Below, one piece after another: positions 1 to 12,234 of a stretch of DNA of 36,327 nt; the stretch's first letter is position 1; every line of letters starts with the position of its first letter. Origin of the DNA: Octopus bimaculoides. Its lineage: Eukaryota. The notes under the pieces were generated by a model that worked only from the letters and a program-made list of their open reading frames with translations, searched no databases and was not told the DNA's origin. The DNA lies in contig NC_068981.1 of the NCBI RefSeq assembly GCF_001194135.2, positions 140,309,459 through 140,345,785 of the forward strand, read 5' to 3'. The position numbers and the translations under genes are program-made.

Positions 1-50
<50 letters not shown>

Positions 51-68
51 ACACACACACACACACAC
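1..68. repeat. (CA)n microsatellite
   Basis: Near-perfect AC run from the window start, read directly. Confidence 0.98.
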
Positions 69-1274
69 AAACAAACAAAAAAACACTCATACATACATGT
101 ACACACACATTCACACATGCGTACACACATACCCTCATACATTTGTACCTATAGTGTGAAATACCTTTTCACACAGACACGTATATCCAAGTTACTATTT
201 GAAAAGGCGATTTTGGAAAATTTACCTTCTAATCGATGTATGTATCGTAACCGATGACAATAAATCAAACCGTCAAACTATCTAAATATACGGATTCGGA
301 ATTGAGATAACAAGATTGTGTTTATGAAAACATAAATGGTTGAGATATCAAAGAAACAAAAATACAGAGAAATACTTTTAAAATATGTAGAACATGCACA
401 TCTGTGGTATATGGATTCCCTGCAAACATGCGCTGCAGGCTTGTACATTTAAATAATGTAATACTAACAACACTCTAAAATATTTGCAGTCAGAGTAGGC
501 CATTGAAAATGACATGGTTAGGTGGCGAAAGATTCTAACAAACCAATCGTGAATTAATTATTTAATTAATTATTTAATTAACCAGAACGAAATGAATTAC
601 AATTAGAGCTGGCATTTTAATTGAAAGAGTGACTCATACAAAGTACATAGAAAGTGTTTTTTAGAAATAGCATTAATTATAAAATTAAACAAAGTTTTAA
701 TAACAACCATAATGAATTTATATTAATAATATGGCGATTATATTCAATTGCTTCAACATTTCTGTAGAATTATGTTTGCATCAAATTTCATGTGGAAGCA
801 GTATTTTGATATGAAATAGCATTTTTGGGGAAAATGTGATGATAAATCTCAATAAGAAACACCATATATTTTTATGATTAGACTTTCTCTCTAAAATATT
901 TCAATTTACCATTCATATTTCGTCCTCCTTTCAACTCTGTATTAATTATTCAAATTTATTAGTTGTAAATATATAGCATAATCTATTCCGGATTTTGTTG
1001 TCGACAATATTAGCAACAGCGTTATTTTTAGATTACAATATTTCAGGTCAAAGATTAAAACCATTTTTACAGTATAATTAATTATGAAAGCAAAAAGAAA
1101 TTTGAATTTCTTTTATCATATCAAAAACACAAAAATAAGATAATAATAACATCATGTTAGCCATATAAATTTTTTTTGAAAAGTGATTTGGAAAAAATCC
1201 AAAACGCATAAATGTAAAATCATTAGTGAATCTATGTTAATAATTTTTCTTAATTTAGAGATGTACATATATAA

Positions 1275-1403
1275 AACACACACTCATACACACACATACG
1301 CATACGCACACACACACGCGCACACACACACACACACACACACACATGGGTATGTGTATATACATATATATATATATATATATATGTCAGCCACACGTCT
1401 ATG

Positions 1404-1493
<90 letters not shown>

Positions 1494-1500
1494 CATATAT
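1275..1500. repeat. Compound (CA)n/(TA)n microsatellite
   Basis: CA-rich run followed by an ~85 bp perfect (TA)n; it explains the HT/YI ORFs at 1183-1651. Confidence 0.97.
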
Positions 1501-4500
1501 CTTAGAACATAGTTTCTCCAGTGGTGTCAGTGTAATAGACAACGATCCAACTCCAAGCAACCAGACTGTTCGCTTTTTATTAACTCCAGTGTCGGGCTCA
1601 CTTCAATCAGGTCATATAACTCCTGAACACACTGTGCCATATCTTCCCTGATTTTCGACTCGATATTTCCCCATCCAGTGTCCAACCCATCTCTTTCTCT
1701 CTCTCTCTCTCTCACTGTGTGTATATATATATGGACAATACCAAGTGGACTCTCACCTTTATCTCTCATGTTTCTGCCTCTTTTAATTTCTTCTTTGTGA
1801 TATAATTCTTGGGAAAGAATACATTTGCGGCTGAAGATTGCTTTATACTCTCAATTATATACCAATAATGATGCAACAACTATAAAGCTTGAGACATGTG
1901 TACCGCAGAATCCTTTGTGTTTTGTTTTTATTTTTACGTTTTGTATATATGTATATATATATATATGGATGTACACACGTACACATACGTACAGTAACAC
2001 ACATACATACACACACACACGTGTACATATGTACATTGAAATACATTCATTGTTTCTACATGGTCTCCGTTTATATTGGCCAGTTAATACCAAGAAATGT
2101 TCACCCTCAATTCACCGATCCGAAGCAACATATACATAATAAATTTCTTAAGCATATCATTACAAAACAAGAGAAAAAAACTCGGTTTTATCCATAAAGG
2201 AAATAAGTGTCACAATATTTAAACAAACACTCCCATAGACCCTTTTCTGTAATAAAGATATATGTCAGCAATCTTTGTTGTTGTAACATCCGACAAGTCA
2301 ATATTCGACAATGCAGTAGCAGTTTTGATCGAATTCCTAAATGCAATGATGCTCAAATAGTTCTTTGCACTAAGTGAAAGGAACAGACCAAAGATCATAC
2401 GATAGCAGAAACAATAAACCTCGCCTTGGTGAAGTTTCGCTTGAGATACGTTCAACTAAGCGGAGGATATAGGAAAAGCGCACTTAAACCAATTAAAAAA
2501 CACTTACCGATCGACCATAACAGAAACAATTCAACCAGCAAAACACAACATTAGCTACAGATTCAAAAGAAAACAGAACACGCATCCATCAATGCGATAA
2601 ACAATATATCTAAAATCCCAGGTCTACAGAGGAAAACCGATGCAAAGGCAAAAGATCAAAACCAAGTCTCTTAATTGGAAATTATATTAGAGTTGAAGTA
2701 ATCTCGAAAGCAACTATGCTGCAAGGAGGGCAAAGCTACTAAGAACACGCAGAAGATTGTGAAATGTACTGGTCAAAATCAGATAAACAAAACACCGCAG
2801 TATTTGCATGAGGTAGGACACATTTTCGGAAGTGTTTTAGTCATTGTCAGAGAGAAATAACTTACATGTAGGTTTTTCAAAGTAAAAAAATGCCATATCT
2901 TTAAAAGAAAGTTATAGGGATATGCTATGAGCATTACAAATCGATTACTGTTTTTGAGAGAACCATGAAGTATCAATTATGATGGAAAATCATTTTTCCA
3001 CCTGAGTACTGTCGTTGAACACTTGCTATCTTCATACAGACTTAGAATCTTGGTGAAATAGAAGTTTCGCACTGGAACAACTTTTTGTACCCTGAACCAC
3101 ATTTTCACCGGGTGCTCCAGGTTAGTATGAGAAGGCTGATAAAAGTGGATAAACAACAAGGTACATATACAAATAGCTATTATAACGGACCTTCATGGAG
3201 TCCAGGGCAACAAGTAGCACTCATGCCAACCCAAAACCCTCGAATATTTAAACAAATTTTATAAGACTGCTGACGGAAAATCAGCTGTTCGCAACCTGTT
3301 TACTATTTCGTATCACACTGGATATGCAAATGAACCTGAAAGATTGACTCATCCTTCCGGAAGAAGCGTTTATAATATCATTGTAACTAGAAATGTTCTT
3401 TGTATCTAGAATCATAAAACGATCATTGTGGCTCAACTCATATTACTCTGGGAAGATAGATTTGACATTTATCACTATCTGGAGAAAGACAAATATCAGT
3501 TGATGAATCATTCGTGAAATATCAGCATGAGATCTTATTTTCTATTCAAGTCGGTTGCCACGTTTTCCTAGCCAGATCAGTGTGTGTGTGTGTTTGAGTA
3601 CCTTTGCACGGAAGACCCTCGAATAACATTCTAGCTCCAAGTAACTTATATCACAAAAGTATGGAAAAGTTCTAAAAAAACACACAAGAATCTGTGTATG
3701 TTTGATTAATGTCTATGAACAATATCGATCTCGCTTTATTGTGCTTTCTTTTGTGATTCTAAAATAAAAATATATTTCTACTAGGTATATAAAAAATATT
3801 GTACCATTTTCGTATATCAATTTGTAATCTGTACCTTTATATGAACGTGTTGAAATCTTTATATTTCAAAAGAATGATTCGTTTTTAAAGGATAGTTTGT
3901 GATTTCTACGACGGAGGTATTTTTGATAGAACATGGAATTAAAGGTGACTGTAATGAACGCTAACATCGTGATTGTTTAGATCTTCTCAGAATACATATT
4001 GAAAAATAGGTTGTCGTGCGACATTAACATTATGGGTGTATAATCGATAATCATAAACTTTGCCTGATTCTTCATACGTTCAATAGACGTCAATTACAGA
4101 AAATTGGGTGTGCCCCAAACTCCACGACCCTGCAGTAAATAGCCACAGAAATTCTAACATTGAAAGCAAAAGAAAGATAATATGCCTTGCGAATCAGTTT
4201 GTTTGGCTTTCAGTGATTTTTTTTTTTTCAAGTTTGACAAAGATTAACGGCTGCCATTTATGTTTGATCAATATTTGGTTTCGCAGTTGGAACTATATTT
4301 TTGAAAATATAATCCGTGATCAACTCACGATAGTTTGTCTCTTGATCTAAATATCAACACGCACAATTAATGTATAATGCAGAGAACACGCATAGAAAAA
4401 GAAGTAAGCAAGGGAGACGGGGAAAAAGAGTAAGCGATCGAGAGAGAATATTAAAGAGAAAATTATATAGAAAGACATACACACAAAGAGAGAGAGAGAA

Positions 4501-5357
4501 AGAAAAACTCTGAAAGAGAACTATAAAAAGAAAGAAAAAACAATGATAGAATAATAGTATTCAAAAAAATCAACAAAAATGAAAGGAATAATGTAATCAT
4601 ATTTCGAGCATATTAGATCAAACTGCTTCAGTTGAAAAACATCCAACTATGGAATTTCTCCTTGAAATATCAGTTTCAATATTTGTTGGCAGGAACCGTT
4701 GTGAATATGTTTGTATTTTATTATTCCAATCGCTTCTCTTCGTGTATTGGTGTTTACGTTTGTCTATATAAGACGCAAGGCATTCTTCTCTTAAGAGCTA
4801 ATATTTCAGTGTTTAGAGAGAATACTAATTTTAATAGTTAATGTAAATGATATAGCTTCTCCATCACTGTTTTCTGCCGCATTTTTTTACGTTTAGGAAC
4901 ATACAATAATGGACATTATTGCCTCAGAGTCAGTATGAAATCAATAACACAAGGGTAGAAATAAAACAGATGCATAAAGCCACACAGGCACGCGAACACA
5001 ATTATATTTGCAGTTATGTTCTCTGTCTTATTTAATGTTTTCTATGTAAAAGGGAATGGTTTATAGCCCCAAAAAAAAAGAAAAAAAAAGATGATCCATA
5101 AACAAATTTCAGAAGAAGAACATGTCAGGATTTTCTTACACACACACTCACACGCACATACATATATATCTATGTATCTCCCCCCCTCTTTCTCTATATA
5201 TCAATGTATATGCCTTATTCTCAATTTTACATTTACATATTCAAATTTAATTTTTAGCATACATGTCACCCTCCCTCTTTGCATCAAAATACCAACCTTT
5301 TGAAAGTCAGTCCTGATATCTATCTTTCATAGAATGTCTACGTGGAACAATGCTTAC

Positions 5358-5493
5358 CAATGATCATCCGTACTCTGGGTTCAGGCTTGTGTATTCCAAA
5401 ACAGTGTATCAAATATTCTCTAATCACTAATTTTAAATACTGCTTACATCCTATACTTCGCTGGCCTTTATAAAAGTATATAATTTTTGCATT
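5358..5493 (-). CDS. Candidate internal coding exon of an unidentified host gene (136 nt, phase 0 to phase 1)
   Basis: Minus strand: long T-rich tract tctttttgttttttgggttttttttgcgacAG as acceptor and G|GTAAGC as donor. Only one frame is open: NAKIIYFYKGQRSIGCKQYLKLVIREYLIHCFGIHKPEPRVRMII. The peptide is not low-complexity. No homology search was run. Confidence 0.45.
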
Positions 5494-6044
5494 CTGTCGC
5501 AAAAAAAACCCAAAAAACAAAAAGATTCAACTCTTGCCATTGCATTTATTGTGTATTTTGATCTGAATTTGACTTAACGGTATTCTCAATGGATCAATGT
5601 ACTCAGCGCCAGAATTTATTTAATACGGCCCAGCTCTTCACAAAGAAGGCATTTTGTACAGCCTTCTTAGCCCCAGATATAGAAGCGGCTCTAGTTTTAC
5701 GGCATAAAACAATTTGAGACTCGATCAGTTTTGAAATAATATCAGATGCGCATACGATCGAATGGACGCAGAGAGAGAAAGAGCTAGATAGATAATTGTA
5801 CAGTTTGAAGAATAGAAAATTATCAAAATAATTTAATGAAAAATGTGCCCCTCAAAAACACTTGAACGTTTGGATACTAATTGATTCAGATAACTCGAAC
5901 GGTAGAAAATTCATCATATATACCCGCAGTTTAAATATAGAACAAACAAGTGGATCAATAGGTGGAATCTAAATTAAAATCATAGCGTTCAAGGTATAAG
6001 CCTTCTCATCGCATTACGTTTCTGGTTATATTTATTATTATCTA

Positions 6045-6292
6045 CTCTTTACTCTTTACTCTTTTACTTGTTTCAGTCATTTGACTGCGGCCATGCTGGA
6101 GCACCACCTTTAGTCGAGCAAATCGACCCCAGGACTTATTCTTTGCAAGCCTACTACTTATTCTATCGGTCTCTTTTTGCCGAACCGCTAAGTTACGGGG
6201 TCATAAACACACAAGCATCGGTTGTCAAGCGATGGTGGGGGGACAAACACAGACAAACAAACACACCCACACACACACACACACACACACAC
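6045..6292 (-). mobile_element. 3' part of a SINE with internal (TG)n and a (GAGTAAA(A))n tail
   Basis: Minus strand reads (TG)n-TTTGTCCCCCCACCATCGCTTGACAACCGATGC...GACCGATAGAATAAGTAGTAGG...GGGGTCGATTTGCTCGACTAAAGGTGGTGCTCCAGCATGGCCGCAGTCAAATGACTGAAACAAGTAAAAGAGTAAAGAGTAAAGAG. The tandem tail is typical of LINE-mobilised SINEs, and the body matches my recollection of an abundant octopus SINE. The 5' part is presumably in or beyond the gap. Confidence 0.75.
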
Positions 6293-6427
6293 NNNNNNNN
6301 NNNNNNNNNNNNNNNNNNNNNNNNNNNNNNNNNNNNNNNNNNNNNNNNNNNNNNNNNNNNNNNNNNNNNNNNNNNNNNNNNNNNNNNNNNNNNNNNNNNN
6401 NNNNNNNNNNNNNNNNNNNNNNNNNNN

Positions 6428-6459
<32 letters not shown>

Positions 6460-7137
6460 GACAGATTTTACTAAGTACCTTCAGCTGTGTTGAATCATAT
6501 CGTTGTCTACTACCGCCGAGATCTGCATCCGCAGTCGGCAAGAAGAGGGAAGTACCAGTCTTTAAACCCACCACTGACTACTATATCTCTGAACAATGAA
6601 TGGCTGTCTAGAAGTACAGAAGAACTAGTAACATTATGCAAAGAATACTATTTTAATGTTCGGTGGTCCCAAGGAAGTCCAGTGTGTTCAAAGCAGTTTT
6701 GAACTCTGGTGCGACAATGAACCCTTAAGCTGATGCAAAGTGCGTGCCGAGAAAAATGATTTGAGGAAAAGCTAGGATTATTAAGGCAAGAAAAGGAGTT
6801 AAGGGAACAGGAAAGGAAGATTTCAGCTAGTATAAATGGAAACCTTGTTTGGTGAAATTCAGGTAAGAGATTTTACGTACCTACGTTTACTATGTGTGAG
6901 AACACATTGATACAGAAGATGGCTACGACGTAAGAAATGAGATTTGATCAACTACTTCCGATTAGAGAAACATAAGTATAATTTATTTGTTATTAATAGG
7001 TGACTTCATGTTTGTGCAGACGCTTTCTTAAAGGAAAACAAAAGGAATTACTATATTTTATGTTTTAAGAATATATTGTATTATTTGTGCTTTGATTTCA
7101 GTCGAACAGATATACTCATTCATGGCTAGCCAGGCTA

Positions 7138-7187
7138 TTACTCGATCATATAGAACCCAGTATTTAACTTGATTCTTTATCTATCCT
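7138..7187 (-). mobile_element. Highly decayed SINE central-domain remnant
   Basis: ctcgatcatatagaacccagtatttaacttgattctttatctatcc loosely resembles the reverse complement of the central part of the SINE family at 9861 and 21778. Confidence 0.3.
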
Positions 7188-8824
7188 TATATAATTATAT
7201 CTAATTACATCTTACATGCATGTGTCCTATAGTGTGAATGTATTTCATGCGAGTGTGTATGTCGAGTGTGTATGTAATACTTTGATTTGATAATTGCAAG
7301 TCCTCAGTTCTTTATCCTTTTCATAATACATTTCTATTAATGGTTTTACGAGTGACATTTTATTAGCCCCTTTCACGTTTCTTGTCAAAACATATTTTAT
7401 ATTACTTTCGAAAAGCGCACACTATTTCTGGATATTTGTCAAAGTAATTGTAGTAGAGGTGTTAAGATACAATAATTTCATAGTTTTCAATAGTTTCTCC
7501 CTCTTTAATTATATAATTTTTCTTCTATACAGTTTACATTATTTTGCTTATTTCAAGTTGAATTATATATCTTCATACGTAAATACATACCTACAATAAT
7601 TTATTTCAATTTTCCATTTTAAATTTGCATCCTTTGTATATGTTTCTTCCAAGCTATTTTAGAATCTACCATCAGGATCTATACGTATATTCTATCTCTC
7701 CTCTTCTGCTTTTTACGTAGGGCACAATAATGTTAAGTATGATATATGTGTGACATTGTTTATCATTACGACTATCGAATACTATTAATACTTCGGATTG
7801 TATCCACGCACAGATGCTATATCGGTGGGGGTTTACACACTCTTCTGTCATTAAATTCTACCTTATTCCTATACAAATTCACTGAATTATTCTGATTACA
7901 GTCTATTGTTTGAAGAAACCTGTGAGACATCTCTACTAGGTGACAAAACATATCTAATACTTCGACAAAGGATGGGTTAACGGCCATGTTGCTATTGTTG
8001 TGATTTGATTTCAGAATGTAATAGTCCAGAACTAATTACCACGATACAATTTATCTGACACTGAGTTTGCCTTTCTACCGCACATCAAATATATTTAAAT
8101 TAGTAGATGATATTAGAAACACGTTTATTAGTTTCAAACCCTAAAGTTCAAACATACATATGTATATATTTTCTAAGACATCCGTGAAGAATGTTTGCAT
8201 AGAATGAAAGATATATGACATTCCTAATGTAGAACTATATTGCAAAATATATTTCCATGTGCTTCATTAGCAATATAAACCACGTTCAAATAATCCTTGG
8301 AAATATGTGGTATCCATGATGCTTCAATACATCCATACATACAAACATGTATATTTACATAAGTACATAGATACGCAGATGCATATTTATGCATAAGACG
8401 TTAAATAACAATAAAATATCATATGACCAAAAGAGACTGGGATAGAGGGAAATTACCTAGATTCTACAAACACTCCCCACTATATGGAATTAGCGGAATG
8501 GATATCACCCACTCCATAAGAATCTGTGAGAAAATATCATCATTAAATCATCTAACTATGATGCATGCTATAGTGGCAAATACATTATGCAATACAATAT
8601 GTAGAAACGACAATCATGGGAATATCAATATAAGAAGTTGAATAGAATAAAAAAAAGGCTGAATGTTTTCGGTCATAACATAAACTGTAAACATACATGA
8701 CTATAATAATGATTTGGAAGAGATTCAGCTGCCATACCATGATGCATAAGATCAGTGAAACAAAATGTCTGCAAGGCACTAATGAGAAATAGGCAATTAA
8801 TCTACTCAGCTTCGGGTAAAAAAA

Positions 8825-9016
8825 CGAGTAAGCTACCTGGCTTTGTGTAAAAGAAAATACAGGAGGCTTAGTTAATTGTGATTTTATTCGACATATTCCC
8901 CTCTCAGATTAACACACTTACTGCAGTGATTCTTCAGTTTTCTAAGACCTGGCAAAGAACTCGGAAGGTTGAGCCTCGATGCCCTTAAGCCAGGAAATTT
9001 TCAGTTTACCCTCGTA
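8825..9016 (-). mobile_element. Mariner-derived MITE (internally deleted)
   Basis: Right end on minus is TA-CGAGGGTAAACTGAAAATTTCCTGGCTT (mariner-type TIR). The left end is a decayed counterpart, cgagtaagctacctggctt. Minus strand 8884-8925 encodes CSKCVNLRGEYVE*, the canonical mariner transposase C-terminus (KCV..xGxYVE*). Confidence 0.7.
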
Positions 9017-9284
9017 AATACAGCATCTCATGAATACGTAAATAGCTGACTTAGTACCAAACTTGAGAAACTGGATTTTACAAAACCCAGAGAGAATGCA
9101 GCCCCTAATTAATAAATAGCCACTGCAAGTCATGAAAGGCACTATAAAGATTAAGTTATGTATTCCAGAAGGTTAACACATAAGTCCATTTACACGGGTA
9201 AACGTTTCTAGGTGTAATTCTATATTCAAGAGATGAGGAATTATGAACATTATTTACATTATTTACATTTGACGGGAAATGCTA

Positions 9285-9745
9285 CAGTGGTGATGAAAAG
9301 ATACAAAAGATATGCGGCCCATCGGACATCAGGACAGTATTCAAGATTAATACGACACTTCGCAAACATCACCTTCGAGTACAACCACTAATAGAAAAGA
9401 ATATGACCAAAAACTGCGTGACTCCATCCCATGCAGCTCTGGTAGGTCATACAAAGGCGAAACACGCCACCACCTAAAAATAAAGGTAGAGGAAAACCAC
9501 AAAGCTGTGACACACCGAGATTTTGATAAATCGGGTATAATTGATCAGGTATGGAAAAATGGAGACCACCTCCCGCTGTGGGATGAAGTTAAAACAATAG
9601 ACAGGCAACACCACTGGAAAATACGAAAACTAAAAGAAGCAGCACATATGCTAGGACACAACAACCTCCTAATCGGACCGAGTGCAGATATGAATAGCAT
9701 ATGGGAACCGGTATTAAGGAAGGCGAGGAAATATGAGCCCTAAAA
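9285..9745 (+). pseudogene. Penelope-like element, GIY-YIG endonuclease fragment (frameshifted)
   Basis: EKIQKICGPSDIRTVFKINTTLRKH..KNMTKNCV / 1-nt frameshift / SIPCSSGRSYKGETRHHLKIKVEENHKAVTHRDFDKSGIIDQVWKNGDHLPLWDEVKTIDRQHHWKIRKLKEAAHM. This matches the PLE pattern VYxIPCxCG..YIGET..KS..xxH.W...H...W....I......R..KEA.HI. Confidence 0.85.
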
Positions 9746-9860
9746 TTAACTGTAGAAAAAGAACTTTAGAAGAAGGTTATTTCTTTATTCGATATTCGGA
9801 CGTGTGTTATTAACACTTATTGTTGTCATTATTCCAAATTCCATATTATGAAGAAGTTGT

Positions 9861-10056
9861 AGGGTGACACAGCAGAATCATTAGCACGTCAGGCTTAGCG
9901 ATATTTCGCCCGCCTTTAAATTCTGAGTATAAATCCCATCGAGGTCGACTTTGTATTTCATACCTTCGCGGTCGATAACGTAAGCACGGGGGTCAATGTA
10001 TTCGACTTAAACTCTCTGAAATTACTGGCTTTGTACCAAAATTTGAAACCGATATT
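9861..10056 (+). mobile_element. tRNA-derived SINE (family A, copy 1)
   Basis: A-box-like agcagaatcattagc, B-box-like tgagtataaatccc, central gaggtcgactttgtatttcataccttcgcggtcgataa, and end ggctttgtaccaaaatttgaaacc. Homologous to the copies at 16550 and 21778 in this window. Confidence 0.75.
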
Positions 10057-10340
10057 CTGTAAAAGTTGTAACATAATGCAGGATATTACCACTCGTACAT
10101 ATCTATATATGTGCCTTAGAATTGTTTTCACTGTAAATACATTTGATTAAACAAATAAACGGAAGGACACTTTAGACAAAATCTCCACATGTTACGCGGA
10201 AACTATCTATGCCCGAGCACATACAGATATAGAATTAAAGCAATATTAAAGAAAAGAAATCTCTTGCTGTGAGTAACGTTCAATTTAATCACGATTAATT
10301 TGCTGAAACTTTTAAAGAATATCACCGTGCGTGTACCCCC

Positions 10341-10359
10341 AGCATATATACATATGTAA

Positions 10360-10399
<40 letters not shown>

Positions 10400-10430
10400 G
10401 CACACACGCACACACACGAGCACATACACA

Positions 10431-10468
<38 letters not shown>

Positions 10469-10475
10469 TATATAT
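10341..10475. repeat. Compound (TA)n/(CA)n microsatellite
   Basis: Direct reading. Confidence 0.95.
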
Positions 10476-11321
10476 ATTACATTATTTAACTTTAGTTCGA
10501 GTAAATATATTACTTGCTTGTTAACATGTTTTGATTCTATGTTCTAGAACAGTATATTTACGTTTAGTTTGTAAACAACATTATACGTATACGTAAATAC
10601 AAACAATTTGTCCGGAAACACACTATATACACTATCACTCGCTGGTTACTTTTAAATACTGGAATGTCTGCCCTCCTGTTTGTAGAATTACAAACTGTAA
10701 AACTCGTTTCTCTAAATGTATTTACTACATTCTCTGTGTGTATTTGCATATAGTGAGAGATGCAGGGTTTTGGAAAGTTTTATCCTGGTTTCACGCAAAC
10801 AGGTATATATTGTAGCCTAACTTTTAACATACGTATTTTGCATATTTGGATATGTTTACTGAACCACTTTATCATTGTTTTTTTTTCAAATATAATAACT
10901 TATGGCAATTTTGAATATATATATATATAACAGCTTTTGTGATGTCTTTGCATATATATATATATATATATATANNNNNNNNNNNNNNNNNNNNNNNNNN
11001 NNNNNNNNNNNNNNNNNNNNNNNNNNNNNNNNNNNNNNNNNNNNNNNNNNNNNNNNNNNNNNNNNNNNNNNNNNNNNNNNNNNNNNNNNNNNNNNNNNNN
11101 NNNNNNNNNNNNNNNNNNNNNNNNNNNNNNNNNNNNNNNNNNNNNNNNNNNNNNNNNNNNNNNNNNNNNNNNNNNNNNNNNNNNNNNNNNNNNNNNNNNN
11201 NNNNNNNNNNNNNNNNNNNNNNNNNNNNNNNNNNNNNNNNNNNNNNNNNNNNNNNNNNNNNNNNNNNNNNNNNNNNNNNNNNNNNNNNNNNNNNNNNNNN
11301 NNNNNNNNNNNNNNNNNNNNN

Positions 11322-11370
<49 letters not shown>

Positions 11371-11639
11371 AGAAGATATAGATTGCGAGAATATAGTATG
11401 TAACTTCACGGTGTTTAGATCGGATCTAACTGGATATAAGAGGAACTAAGAGTATAATAACAAATCTTTGTGTCCCGGAGGGGAAATGAAGTGCGTATCT
11501 CTACTGAACTTTTGACAAGAAAAAACAGTTAAGATAAGAAAAATCAGTTAAGAATCGTTTGGATGTAAGCACGTTTGAATTACCAGAAAACATTTGGTAA
11601 CATATCATTTGACTAAGGTAACAAAACATTACAATCATC

Positions 11640-11830
11640 ACAAATTTTGTAAACACCGGTGGCTATTATTGAACGCTTATCCCAGAATTGTTGCCTTACT
11701 TCAATCCACACAAGTGATAAACATATCAACTTTGACAGTATCCATTGTTAAAGAGGTATCCCGCAAGGCGATAACTTCACGATACTGCTCATTGGCAACT
11801 CATTAAACTTGTTATCAATGTCACCTCATT
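11640..11830 (+). pseudogene. Decayed non-LTR reverse transcriptase remnant (RT domain 4 region)
   Basis: 11740-11810 reads IHC*RGIPQGDNFTILLIGNSLN, resembling the RGIFQGDSLSPLLF..ALNPL motif of R4/Dong-like RTs. It is short and degraded. Confidence 0.35.
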
Positions 11831-12234
11831 AAACTCGTTATCACAAAATACAGTGATTATAATACGGATTAACTGAATCTGGAAACGCCTAAAATCTTTA
11901 CTTCATAGGCAATCAACATTTGTATGCATCTAACTACACCTAAAGGCAACTGTTTATTATTAAGCAACATTTCATTGATAATAGAATAAATATTTTGTCC
12001 GAATGAGCATATATGGCAGAAAAACACGGGAAAGTATGAAAAACCCCTTCCAAAATGAAAGCTGTGCATTTGAGTGAGAAGATAATTTTTTTTTATAAAA
12101 GTAGCCTCATTTCTTCAACAAAATAAGCACACGTATATACTTATCTGTTTGTGTATAAAACTCCTCCATTACAGCTAAAATTAGCCACTCATGATTTTGA
12201 CGCTCGTCCACTGAAATTTGTACATACTCATATA

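Noticed and set aside
1510-1690. GC-richer segment with minus ORF ..[31 protein letters not shown]..
   Set aside because: No recognisable motif and no consistent splice sites (the phase-1 reading after the gtgttcAG acceptor hits a stop); probably an unidentified repeat fragment.
1183-2197. ORFs of 60-110 aa rich in YI/HT/CV repeats (similar ones occur throughout, including the long X-filled ORFs at 23831-27328 and 30525-31664)
   Set aside because: They are translations of (TA)n/(CA)n microsatellites or N-gaps and carry no coding signal.
2508-2630. Strong minus-strand donor CG|GTAAGT at 2508 as a possible downstream exon
   Set aside because: Frames from the better upstream acceptor contain stops, and the short alternative gives an unconvincing peptide.
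3601-3672. Minus-strand AG...GT bounded 70-nt segment (TFPYFCDISYLELECYSRVFRAK)
   Set aside because: Weak donor (GTACTC), and the open frame is phase 2, incompatible with the phase-1 end of the 5358-5493 exon.
6460-6870. Non-repetitive-looking segment ending in a plus-strand donor CAG|GTAAGA
   Set aside because: Stops occur in all plus frames over the segment, with no acceptor or motif support.
8455-8525. Minus-strand segment with a good acceptor (ttttctcacAG) and donor (AG|GTAATT)
   Set aside because: All three frames contain stop codons within 67 nt.
9861-9945. tRNA gene interpretation of the A/B-box segments (also at 12260, 16560 and 21900)
   Set aside because: No cloverleaf or acceptor stem can be formed, and each is followed by SINE body sequence, so these are SINE heads.
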